Source: Pseudomonadota bacterium
GTDB taxonomy: Bacteria; Pseudomonadota; Alphaproteobacteria; Rhodospirillales; Magnetospirillaceae
Assembly: GCA_021848545.1 (NCBI GenBank)
Contig: JAJZUL010000014.1
Location: forward strand, 1,430-65,429
DNA: 64,000 nt
Direction: 5' to 3'
In this document: positions 1 through 7,478 of the stretch, piece after piece
Numbering within the stretch: position 1 is the first letter of the stretch
Layout of the letters: every line of letters starts with the position of its first letter
Translations under genes and position numbers: made by a program
The notes under the pieces: model-generated
What the model saw: the letters and a program-made list of their open reading frames with translations, nothing else
The model's database searches: none
What the model was told of the DNA's origin: nothing

Positions 1-222
1 ATCGCCGATGGCGCGGGGATCGCGGCGGCCGATGAAATGGCCGGGAACCTGTATTACGCCGTGGCCATGGCCCGCATTCTCTATGCCCGCGTGCCCGATC
101 CGCTGCCGCCGGCCGGCGATGTCGAGGCGCAGGCCGCCTATTACAAGCGCTGGTATAACACCGCCGGCGGCGCGGCCAGCATCGGGCAATACATCAGCCA
201 CTGGCACAGGGCTTTCTCATGA
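1..222 (+). CDS. 3' end of an unidentified phage-associated protein (possibly the endolysin; 5' end outside window)
   Basis: Frame 1 is open from the window edge to TGA 220-222 (...AQAAYYKRWYNTAGGAASIGQYISHWHRAFS*) with high third-position GC. Its stop overlaps the next ATG (ATGA at 219-222). It lies directly upstream of holin-like and spanin-like genes. I could not recognise a family from the 73 aa visible. Confidence 0.3.
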   Translation: MADGAGIAAADEMAGNLYYAVAMARILYARVPDPLPPAGDVEAQAAYYKRWYNTAGGAASIGQYISHWHRAFS

Positions 223-533
223 CGAATCCGCTGCAACGGGCGCTCGACCCGCATGACGACAGCCTGGAGATCCACACGCTCGCGGGGCTGATCGTCCTGG
301 CCATCGCCGTGTCCTCGCTGGCGATCCTCTGTGTGGCCTATGTCGCGCAGGTGTTCGAGGCGATCGCCGCCGTGTCCTCGCTGCATCCGATGCCGGATAC
401 CGGCGCCTTCGGGACGGCGGTCGCGGCGATTCTCGCCGGGATCGCGGCGCTGATCCCGGCGATGGCCGCTGCGGGGCTTCTGACCAATAAAAGCCGCGCC
501 GTACAGGCGCCCCCGTCATCGGGAGGATCGTGA
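219..533 (+). CDS. small two-TM membrane protein, holin / LysA-like
   Basis: 104 aa with two hydrophobic segments (LAGLIVLAIAVSSLAILCVAYVAQVF; AFGTAVAAILAGIAALIPAMAAAGLL) and a polar C-tail. High GC3. Tightly packed between the upstream ORF and the spanin-like genes. Confidence 0.5.
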   Translation: MTNPLQRALDPHDDSLEIHTLAGLIVLAIAVSSLAILCVAYVAQVFEAIAAVSSLHPMPDTGAFGTAVAAILAGIAALIPAMAAAGLLTNKSRAVQAPPSSGGS

Positions 534-534
534 A

Positions 535-1044
535 ATGGGATTGATCGATGACGCGGAGGGCGCGGCCGAAGCGGTGGCCACCGGGGGCGCCAGCATCTGG
601 GGAAAGATCGGCGTCTATGCGCTGATCGCCGCGGCTGTGGGTGGCCTCATCTGGTACGCCTGGCGCGCGACCGAGAAATTGGGCGCCGCGAATGTCTCTC
701 TGCATACGGCGCGGTCGGCGGCAAAGGCCAATGCGGCGGCGGTCGTGACGCTCCAGGCCGATTACACGGCCTCCATGACCGCCATCGCGGACGCGGAGGC
801 TCGGCATGCCGCTGCCGCCAGGAAAACCCGAGCAATGGTGAGGGTCATCAATGACGCATCTTCGAAGCATAAAAAGGGCTGTCCGGGGCCGGATACGCCT
901 TTTCCTGATTACGGTCCCGGCAACGATGCTTATCTCTGCCTGCTCCACAACGGGTGTGGTCCCGAAGGTGCAAGTGGTGCGGGAGTCGGTGCCAGCACCA
1001 TATCTGCGTCCGATTCCGGTGCCGGGGCTGCCGCCGCGCGATAA
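535..1044 (+). CDS. i-spanin (Rz/LysB)-like protein with N-terminal TM anchor
   Basis: Starts 1 nt after the previous stop. N-terminal TM segment (IGVYALIAAAVGGLIWYAW) followed by an Ala-rich helical region. Third-position GC drops after about 850, where the +2 frame ORF begins, as expected for an overlapped spanin pair. Confidence 0.45.
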   Translation: MGLIDDAEGAAEAVATGGASIWGKIGVYALIAAAVGGLIWYAWRATEKLGAANVSLHTARSAAKANAAAVVTLQADYTASMTAIADAEARHAAAARKTRAMVRVINDASSKHKKGCPGPDTPFPDYGPGNDAYLCLLHNGCGPEGASGAGVGASTISASDSGAGAAAAR

Positions 1045-1153
1045 GTGGACGCCGCGCACCGAAGCCAGCACGCTGATCCGCACTGCCCGCGCCTTACGTG
1101 CCTGCAACGGGCGTCTCTCGGACATCGCCCAGCAATGGGGCTCCCGCAAATGA
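851..1153 (+). CDS. o-spanin (Rz1/LysC)-like outer-membrane lipoprotein
   Basis: Starts inside the 535..1044 ORF in another frame and extends beyond it. Basic n-region, hydrophobic core and lipobox (LFLITVPATMLISA|C), then a Pro-rich mature part (PAPYLRPIPVPGLPP). High GC3 in this frame. Confidence 0.55.
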   Translation: MTHLRSIKRAVRGRIRLFLITVPATMLISACSTTGVVPKVQVVRESVPAPYLRPIPVPGLPPRDKWTPRTEASTLIRTARALRACNGRLSDIAQQWGSRK

Positions 1154-1197
1154 CGATTCTTTCCCGCATCCGGGCCGCGCTGGCGGTCCTTTTTCAT

Positions 1198-1611
1198 ATG
1201 GAGAACACGATGGATCCCAATAATCCTTCCACCGCGCCTGTGCCGGGTCAGACGGCCGCGCCGGCCACCACCGATCCGGCGCCCGATGTGACCGCTTCCC
1301 AGGAGTCGACCGCGCCGGCGTCCGACCCGTCGACTCCCGCCGCTGCCGCCAGTCGCACTCTTGCGGACGTGGATGCCGACATTCGCGCCAAACAGGCGCA
1401 GTTGGCGGCGATCCGCGATCGGAAGGCCGCCTTGGCCGTGGACGAAAGGGCCGGGTGTGAGGATCTGGGCGCTCTGGTGGCCGAGGGTCGATCGATCATG
1501 GCCCAGGCCGAGGCCGGCTATGCCGCCGTGGAGAAGCTCGTCGCGGAGACCGTCCACGCCTCGGAAACGCTGATCGGCAAGATCGAGCAGGATGTCAAAG
1601 ACGCCGTCTGA
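1198..1611 (+). CDS. hypothetical protein (Pro/Thr/Ala-rich N-terminus, helical C-terminus)
   Basis: ATG 1198 (alternative ATG 1210), high GC3, followed immediately by a strong intrinsic terminator. No recognisable family. Confidence 0.5.
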   Translation: MENTMDPNNPSTAPVPGQTAAPATTDPAPDVTASQESTAPASDPSTPAAAASRTLADVDADIRAKQAQLAAIRDRKAALAVDERAGCEDLGALVAEGRSIMAQAEAGYAAVEKLVAETVHASETLIGKIEQDVKDAV

Positions 1612-1630
1612 CGGCGACTCATTAGCAGAA

Positions 1631-1667
1631 AGACCCCGCTGGCTCCGGCCGGCGGGGTCTTTTTTTC
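1631..1667 (+). terminator. rho-independent terminator
   Basis: AGACCCCGC (1631-1639) pairs with GCGGGGTCT (1652-1660), followed by a T-run at 1660-1667. Confidence 0.8.
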
Positions 1668-2013
1668 GTTTGGGGCACCCTTTATTCTTGATCAATATGA
1701 TCGCGGTTTTCCCATCCGATAGCTTGTCGTACGGTCATTTCGTCGCCCGACAGCGCCACGCCCGGACCGCCGTTGCCCCCGAGAGAAATTCCGTTTTCCA
1801 CCATTACCCTTTCTGTCATTGCCCGTGAGCGTCGGCCGGCGCCGCCGTCCCGAGCGTCGATCCGCGAGGGACCATATGCACCGGGATCGGCGATCTGGCG
1901 CTGATGAGGTGGAAAATACTGTTTTCCATTTCGCCCATAAACCATTGATGCTTATTGGCGAAAACAATCTGTTTTCCATTTTAGAGCATTGAAATATCAG
2001 TAAAACGCTGGGC

Positions 2014-2058
2014 ATCATAATCCGCGTGTCGGGGGTTCAAGTCCCTCCTCCGCTACCA
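2014..2058 (+). other. orphan 3' half of a tRNA-Met(CAU)-like gene (putative att site remnant)
   Basis: Anticodon-loop-like AUCAUAA (2014-2020), 3' anticodon stem TCCGC, variable GTGTC, T-arm GGGGG-TTCAAGT-CCCTC, 3' acceptor CTCCGCT, discriminator A, CCA (2056-2058). No complementary 5' acceptor (AGCGGAG), D-arm or 5' anticodon stem is present upstream. Confidence 0.7.
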
Positions 2059-2062
2059 ACAA

Positions 2063-2104
2063 AAACCCCCGTCAAGTCAAGTGCTTGGCGGGGGTTTCTC
2101 TTTG
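2063..2104 (+). terminator. rho-independent terminator downstream of the tRNA fragment
   Basis: AAACCCCCG (2063-2071) pairs with CGGGGGTTT (2089-2097), followed by a T-rich tail TCTCTTT. Confidence 0.6.
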
Positions 2105-2280
2105 CGTTCCCGGCGGCGCGCGCCCGATATCCCACCCGTCTGGGGATCGGGATCGGCGTAGAGGCGGGGCCGGCCCTTCGGGCGTCGAAATTCCACACGG
2201 ATCGCTTGGCCGTCCTCGGCATTTTATTTTTTCGGCTGTTACACGGAGCGGCTTGCAAGCCGTTTCGGCCGGTCCCTACA

Positions 2281-4302
2281 ATGCCGCCTGCCGCCATCCT
2301 TGGAGGGTGGCAATCATCCTTCCCCTTCGCCGTGTTTTCGGGGTGTCCCTTGAGACCGCTTCCCGTTTTCGTATTGCTCGCCTTGGGCTTGAGCGTCCTT
2401 TTTTGCGTCGTCGCGCCGGCGCGGGCGACCGATCGCGGGAACGCGGATTTGTATCGCAGGGTCCTGGCGCAGGCGCGGGACGGTCATTTCACGGTCGCCC
2501 GGCGTCTGGCGGTTCGCGCCCATTCGGTGGAGCTGGACCGGTTGCTGTCCTGGATGGATTACACTTCGGATAGTCCCACGGGTACTTTCGCCCAGATCAC
2601 GGCCTTCATCACCGCCGGTCCCGATTGGCCGTGGCAGGCCCGCCTGGAGGCGGCGGCCGAAGAGGCGATCACCGGTTCCACGCCCGATAAGGCGTTGGTC
2701 GCCTGGTTCCGTCATCGCTCGCCCATCACCATGGTCGGGGCCGTGGCCTATGCCAAGGCGTTGCTGGCTACCGGCCATACAAAGCAAGGCGTGGCGATGG
2801 TCCGGCGAATCTGGATCCGATATAATTTCAGCCCATTGCGGGAACGGGTGTTTCTGGACAAATTCGGGCGCTATTTAAAGCCTGGGGATAATTGGCGGCG
2901 CCTGGACCGTTTGTTGTGGGATCAGCGAATCACCGCCGCCCGGCGCATGCTGCTCAGGGTCGATGCGGCCCATCGGCTGCTGGCCCAGGCGCGGATCGCG
3001 TTGGAGGTCGACCGCGTCAATCCGTCCATGGCGGTGGCAAGGGTGCCCGCCGCTCTTAAATCCGATCCCGGCCTGATCTTCGACCGCATCCGTTGGCGGC
3101 GCCTGAACGGGTATGACGATCAGGCCATGGATCTGATGCTCCGCGTGCACGCCGCGCCGCGCCGGCCCGGTCTGTGGTGGGCGGAACGCAGCATTCTGGC
3201 GCGCGAGGCCCTGAAGGATGGTCTGGCACGGCGGGCCTATGAGGTCGCGGCCGACAATGGGTTGTCCCCGCGCAGCGCCGACCAGCCGGCCGCCGAATTT
3301 CTGGCGGGATGGATCGCCCTGGATTATCTCGACAAGCCCAAGCTGGCGGCGCCCCATTTCCTGCGTTTGTGGCGCATCACCCGGACGCCGATCTCAAAGG
3401 CCCGTGCCGCCTATTGGTCGGGACGCGCCGCCGAGGCGCTGGGGGACCGCAAGGCGGCTCGCCTTTGGTATGATCGCGCCGCTCGCTTCGTGACCACCTT
3501 TTACGGCCAGCTCGCGGCCTCGCAAATCGGGGAGCGCCACTTGCCGCTGCCGCGAGCGCCCCGGGTCACCGCCGCCGACCGTCACTGGCTGGACAACCGC
3601 GCCTTGATCGGGGTGGTGCGTCTGTTGCGCATGGCGCGGCAGGAGGAATTGATGCGCCCGTTCCTGATCGCCCTGGACACCAGCGCCACCACCCCCGGAG
3701 AGCATGTGCTGGTGGCCCGTCTGGCCGACGAAATGGGGCGCCGCGATGTCGCCGTTCTGATCGCCCGGCGCGCGTCCATGCGGGGCCAGATCATGATCAG
3801 GGCGGGCTGGCCGCTTCCCCGTCTGTCCTTGCGCCGCAAGCCCGCGCGGGCTTTGGTTCTGGCCTTGATACGGCAGGAAAGCAGCTTCCACAGCGCCGCC
3901 CGCTCTCCGGCCGGTGCCCGCGGCTTGATGCAGCTGCTGCCCGCGACCGCCCGGCGCATGGCCCACTTGATCCGGGTCGCGTTCAGCCAACGCAGGCTCG
4001 ACGATCCCGACTTCAATGTGCGGCTGGGGTCGGTTTATCTGGAACGGTTGGTGTCCGAGTTCCACGGCTCCTACGTTCTCGCCCTGGCCGCTTACAATGC
4101 CGGTCCGACGCGGGTGCGGCGCTGGGTCAAAAAATTCGGCAATCCCGGCGACCCGGATGTGGACGCCGTCGATTGGATCGAAAGAATCCCGTTCGGCGAA
4201 ACCCGCAATTACGTGCAACGGGTCATGGAAAGCGTCGAGATATACCGGCGGCGCCTGGGTGAAAAGGGGGGGAGCGATCTCGCCGCCGATCTGAAACGCT
4301 GA
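2281..4302 (+). CDS. slt: soluble lytic murein transglycosylase (Slt70-like)
   Basis: Signal peptide-like N-terminus (LPVFVLLALGLSVLFCVVAPARA), a long superhelical N-domain, and a C-terminal SLT domain with ESSF...GLMQLLPATA...AYNAGP motifs. Start taken at ATG 2281 (alternative TTG 2350). The ORF-track start at 2026 reads through the tRNA fragment and is rejected. Confidence 0.85.
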   Translation: MPPAAILGGWQSSFPFAVFSGCPLRPLPVFVLLALGLSVLFCVVAPARATDRGNADLYRRVLAQARDGHFTVARRLAVRAHSVELDRLLSWMDYTSDSPTGTFAQITAFITAGPDWPWQARLEAAAEEAITGSTPDKALVAWFRHRSPITMVGAVAYAKALLATGHTKQGVAMVRRIWIRYNFSPLRERVFLDKFGRYLKPGDNWRRLDRLLWDQRITAARRMLLRVDAAHRLLAQARIALEVDRVNPSMAVARVPAALKSDPGLIFDRIRWRRLNGYDDQAMDLMLRVHAAPRRPGLWWAERSILAREALKDGLARRAYEVAADNGLSPRSADQPAAEFLAGWIALDYLDKPKLAAPHFLRLWRITRTPISKARAAYWSGRAAEALGDRKAARLWYDRAARFVTTFYGQLAASQIGERHLPLPRAPRVTAADRHWLDNRALIGVVRLLRMARQEELMRPFLIALDTSATTPGEHVLVARLADEMGRRDVAVLIARRASMRGQIMIRAGWPLPRLSLRRKPARALVLALIRQESSFHSAARSPAGARGLMQLLPATARRMAHLIRVAFSQRRLDDPDFNVRLGSVYLERLVSEFHGSYVLALAAYNAGPTRVRRWVKKFGNPGDPDVDAVDWIERIPFGETRNYVQRVMESVEIYRRRLGEKGGSDLAADLKR

Positions 4303-4316
4303 TTGCCCACTCCACA

Positions 4317-4355
4317 TTTAGACCGTGACGCAGAAAATCTGCATCACGGTCTAAA
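4317..4355 (+). terminator. 17-bp-stem hairpin (TTTAGACCGTGACGCAG / CTGCATCACGGTCTAAA), probable slt terminator or repeat module
   Basis: Inverted repeat with one mismatch and a 5-nt loop, 15 nt after the slt stop. Related to the hairpin at 15402-15432. Confidence 0.5.
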
Positions 4356-4361
4356 CGCTTT

Positions 4362-4446
4362 ATATTTGGCCCTCGCCGGGCGCGCGCGTCCGCGCGCTTG
4401 GCATATTTGGCCCTCTGCCTAAGCGCGCGCGTCCGCGCGCTTAGGC
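4362..4446. repeat. tandem duplication (41 + 44 bp units), each containing a GC-rich palindrome
   Basis: ATATTTGGCCCTCGCCGGGCGCGCGCGTCCGCGCGCTTGGC is followed by ATATTTGGCCCTCTGCCTAAGCGCGCGCGTCCGCGCGCTTAGGC. The core AAGCGCGCG-CGTC-CGCGCGCTT is self-complementary. Confidence 0.8.
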
Positions 4447-4581
4447 GCTCGCTCAATGCGCGCCGGAGCGACGCGTCCAAGATTTAGCCAGACGTTTCAG
4501 ATTTCAGGCGCGTCGCTCTAGGCAGCGGTTTCCGCGGATTGTATGGTTCGGGGCATCCGTTTCCGCTCGAAGGTCGCTCCC

Positions 4582-6474
4582 ATGCCAGATTATCGCTCCC
4601 GCACCTCCACCCATGGCCGCAACATGGCTGGTGCCCGCGGGTTGTGGCGGGCGACGGGAATGACCGATGCCGATTTCGGCAAGCCGATCATCGCCGTCGC
4701 CAATTCCTTCACCCAATTCGTGCCCGGCCACGTCCATCTCAAGGATCTGGGCCAGTTGGTGGCGCGTGAAATCGAGGCGGCCGGGGCCGTCGCCAAGGAA
4801 TTCAACACCATCGCCATCGATGACGGCATCGCCATGGGCCATGGCGGCATGCTCTATTCGCTGCCCTCGCGCGAGATCATCGCCGATTCCGTCGAATACA
4901 TGGTCAACGCCCATTGCGCCGACGCCCTGGTCTGCATCTCCAATTGCGACAAGATTACGCCGGGCATGCTGATGGCGAGTTTGCGCCTCAACATCCCGAC
5001 GATCTTCGTGTCGGGCGGGCCGATGGAGGCGGGCAAGGTGGTGGTCGGCGGCGAGACCCATGCGGTCGATCTGATCGACGCGATGATCAAGGCCGCCGAC
5101 AAGGACGTTTCCGACGACGAGGCTTTGGCCTATGAGCGTTCGTCCTGCCCCACCTGCGGGTCCTGTTCCGGCATGTTCACCGCCAATTCGATGAATTGTC
5201 TGGTCGAGGCCCTGGGCTTGGCGCTGCCGGGCAACGGCACGCAATTGGCCACCCATGCCGACCGCAAGGAGCTTTTCCTGGCGGCCGGGCGCCGCATCGT
5301 CGATCTGTGCCGGCGCTATTACGACGGGAATGACGAATCGGTGCTGCCCCGCGCCATCGCCGATCGGCGGGCGTTCGAAAACGCCATGACGCTGGATATC
5401 GCCATGGGCGGTTCGACCAACACCGTTCTGCATCTTCTGGCGGCGGCCGAGGAAGGAAAGGTGCCCTTCACCATGGCCGATATCGACCTGTTGTCGCGCC
5501 GGGTGCCGTGCCTGTGCAAGGTGGCGCCCAATCGCGCCGACGTGCATATCGAGGATGTTCATCGCGCCGGCGGCATCATGGCCATTCTGGGCCAGTTGGA
5601 GCGGGCGGGACTGCTCCATACCGAGTGCGGAACCGTTCATGCCCCCAGTCTGGGCGCGGCCCTGGCCGCGTGGGATATCGACCGCACCAACGATCCGGCA
5701 ATCCAGACGTTTTTCGCCGCGGCGCCGGGCGGGGTTCGCACCACCGAAGCGTTCAGCCAGTCGCGCCGCTGGGACTCGCTCGATCGTGACCGCGCCCAGG
5801 GGGTGATCCGGTCGCCCGAGCACGCCTATTCCCGGGATGGCGGTCTTGCCGTTCTGTTCGGCAACATCGCCCGCGACGGCTGTATCGTAAAAACCGCCGG
5901 CGTCGATGAATCCTGTCTGGTCTTTTCCGGTCGCGCCCTGGTTTGCGAAAGCCAGGACGAGGCGGTGGAGCGCATCCTGGGCGGCGGGGTCGTCGCCGGC
6001 GATGTGGTGGTGATCCGCTATGAAGGGCCGCGCGGCGGTCCCGGCATGCAGGAAATGCTCTATCCCACCAGCTATCTCAAAAGCGTCGGCCTCGGCAAAG
6101 CCTGCGCCCTGATCACCGACGGGCGGTTTTCGGGTGGCACTTCGGGGCTGTCGATCGGCCATGTATCGCCCGAAGCGGCCGAGGGCGGCGCCATCGGCCT
6201 GATCGAAACGGGGGATGTCATCGATATCGATATTCGTGCCCGGCGCATCGATCTCCGGCTCTCCGAAGGGGAATTGGCGGAACGGCGGCGGCGCATGGAC
6301 GCCAAGGGCGACGCGGCCTGGCGGCCGGAGGGGCGCAATCGTCCGGTCAGCCGGGCCTTGCAGGCCTATGCCGCCATGACCACCAGCGCCGCCCGCGGCG
6401 CTGTTCGTGACGTCACGCGTCTAGAGTCGGATGCGATCAGATCGAATCGCGCCGCGATTCCATCTGATCGCTGA
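4582..6474 (+). CDS. ilvD: dihydroxy-acid dehydratase
   Basis: N-terminus [35 protein letters not shown], and full-length IlvD/Edd pattern. The last 17 codons lie inside the repeat element at 6421-6560. Confidence 0.95.
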   Translation: MPDYRSRTSTHGRNMAGARGLWRATGMTDADFGKPIIAVANSFTQFVPGHVHLKDLGQLVAREIEAAGAVAKEFNTIAIDDGIAMGHGGMLYSLPSREIIADSVEYMVNAHCADALVCISNCDKITPGMLMASLRLNIPTIFVSGGPMEAGKVVVGGETHAVDLIDAMIKAADKDVSDDEALAYERSSCPTCGSCSGMFTANSMNCLVEALGLALPGNGTQLATHADRKELFLAAGRRIVDLCRRYYDGNDESVLPRAIADRRAFENAMTLDIAMGGSTNTVLHLLAAAEEGKVPFTMADIDLLSRRVPCLCKVAPNRADVHIEDVHRAGGIMAILGQLERAGLLHTECGTVHAPSLGAALAAWDIDRTNDPAIQTFFAAAPGGVRTTEAFSQSRRWDSLDRDRAQGVIRSPEHAYSRDGGLAVLFGNIARDGCIVKTAGVDESCLVFSGRALVCESQDEAVERILGGGVVAGDVVVIRYEGPRGGPGMQEMLYPTSYLKSVGLGKACALITDGRFSGGTSGLSIGHVSPEAAEGGAIGLIETGDVIDIDIRARRIDLRLSEGELAERRRRMDAKGDAAWRPEGRNRPVSRALQAYAAMTTSAARGAVRDVTRLESDAIRSNRAAIPSDR

Positions 6475-6560
6475 ATCCTCCTCTAAATCAATAAATTAGA
6501 GTGCGATTCGGACGTTGGATCGACGCATTCATGCGTCGATCCAACGTCATCGCGCTCTAG
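6421..6560. repeat. 140-bp palindromic mosaic element (CTAGAG...CTCTAG), copy 1
   Basis: Near-identical modules to 47976-48125: GGATGCGATyAGrTyGAATCGC..CGCGATTC, CCTCTAAATCAATAAATTAGAGTGCGATTCrGAC, and a terminal hairpin ending GTCATCGCGCTCTAG. Confidence 0.8.
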
Positions 6561-6629
6561 GAACGGCCGCCGGGTAACGCTAAATAGTAGGGGCGATCTC
6601 CCGGGTCATCGGGTGAAAGGTATGTAGGG

Positions 6630-7478
6630 ATGGCGTCAATCGCCTGGCGGGAATTGATGGGGGTCGGCATCCCCGAAATCGATGCCGATCATCGGACGCT
6701 GTTGACCTTGGCCAACGATCTGTACGGCGCCATCGGCGACGAGGAGGAACGCCTCATCCTCGGGTCGGTGCTCAAGGCCGTATGCGATTTCGCCGACAGC
6801 CATTTCGCGCGTGAGGAAACGCTGATGGCGGCGGTCGGCTATCCCGGACAGGCCGCCCATATCGCCGCCCATGACCGCCTGCGCGGGCGTGCGGCGGCGT
6901 TGGCCCGGCGCTACGATGGCGACGGCCCGTCCGTCGATACCAAGGATTGTCTCGATTTTCTGCATCACTGGGTGGTCGATCACATCTGCACTGCCGATAT
7001 GGATTATCGCGGCTGGGTGGTGGGGCGACCGGGGCTGGCTACGCTGTTGACGGATGAGCCGGAAACCGGGCTGGACGGGGCGCCCAATCTGGATTGGCGG
7101 CAATTGAGTCTGCTGCTGGTGGACGACAATGCGCGGTTTCGCCGGGTGATGCGAACCATTCTGGAAGGAATCGGTGTGCGCAACATCGCCGAGGCGCCGG
7201 ATATCGATACCGCCAAGGTCATCTTGGATGCCGTCGCCGTCGATGCGGTGGTTACCGACGGTCAGATCGGGGGACGGTGCAGTCGCGATCTGCTCGGCTG
7301 GATGCGCGAACGTCCGAATTGGCCCCGTCCGGTGGTGGTCGTTCTGTGCGGAGCGGAGCAAATGGATCGGGCGGCGGTGCTGGCCGCCGGCGCCGATGAA
7401 ATTCTTGAAAAGCCGGTTTCAGCGCGGCGGCTGCTGACCGGCTTGGCGCGTTTGTTGATCAGGATACCCTCGGAATGA
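6630..7478 (+). CDS. hemerythrin-like domain / response-regulator receiver fusion protein
   Basis: The N-terminal half has bacteriohemerythrin signatures (IDADH..., HFAREE, HIAAHDRL, HWVVDHICTADMDY). The C-terminal half is a REC domain (LLLVDDN..., VVTD phospho-acceptor, EKPV). There is no output domain. Confidence 0.8.
   Translation: MASIAWRELMGVGIPEIDADHRTLLTLANDLYGAIGDEEERLILGSVLKAVCDFADSHFAREETLMAAVGYPGQAAHIAAHDRLRGRAAALARRYDGDGPSVDTKDCLDFLHHWVVDHICTADMDYRGWVVGRPGLATLLTDEPETGLDGAPNLDWRQLSLLLVDDNARFRRVMRTILEGIGVRNIAEAPDIDTAKVILDAVAVDAVVTDGQIGGRCSRDLLGWMRERPNWPRPVVVVLCGAEQMDRAAVLAAGADEILEKPVSARRLLTGLARLLIRIPSE

Noticed and set aside
217-1695. 492-aa minus-strand ORF spanning the whole lysis region
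   Set aside because: It is an Arg/Gly/Pro-rich low-complexity translation antisense to four + strand ORFs that have proper GC3 bias, TM and lipobox features. This is a typical shadow ORF of high-GC DNA.
1682-1945. Small minus-strand ORFs (87 and 108 aa) between the phage terminator and the att fragment
   Set aside because: No RBS, no family resemblance, mixed composition. A short internal ORF (MTERVMVENGISLGG...) cannot be excluded as a small phage gene, but I cannot support it.
2026-2280. N-terminal extension of the slt ORF (track start 2026)
   Set aside because: It would translate through the tRNA fragment and its terminator. The signal-peptide-like sequence starts only after ATG 2281 or TTG 2350.
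4362-4446. Possible CRISPR array (repeated GC-palindromic units)
   Set aside because: There are only two directly abutting units with no spacers and no cas genes. It is a tandem duplication of a mosaic-repeat module.
4504-6162. 552-aa minus-strand ORF
   Set aside because: It is antisense to ilvD, whose identity is unambiguous. Shadow ORF.
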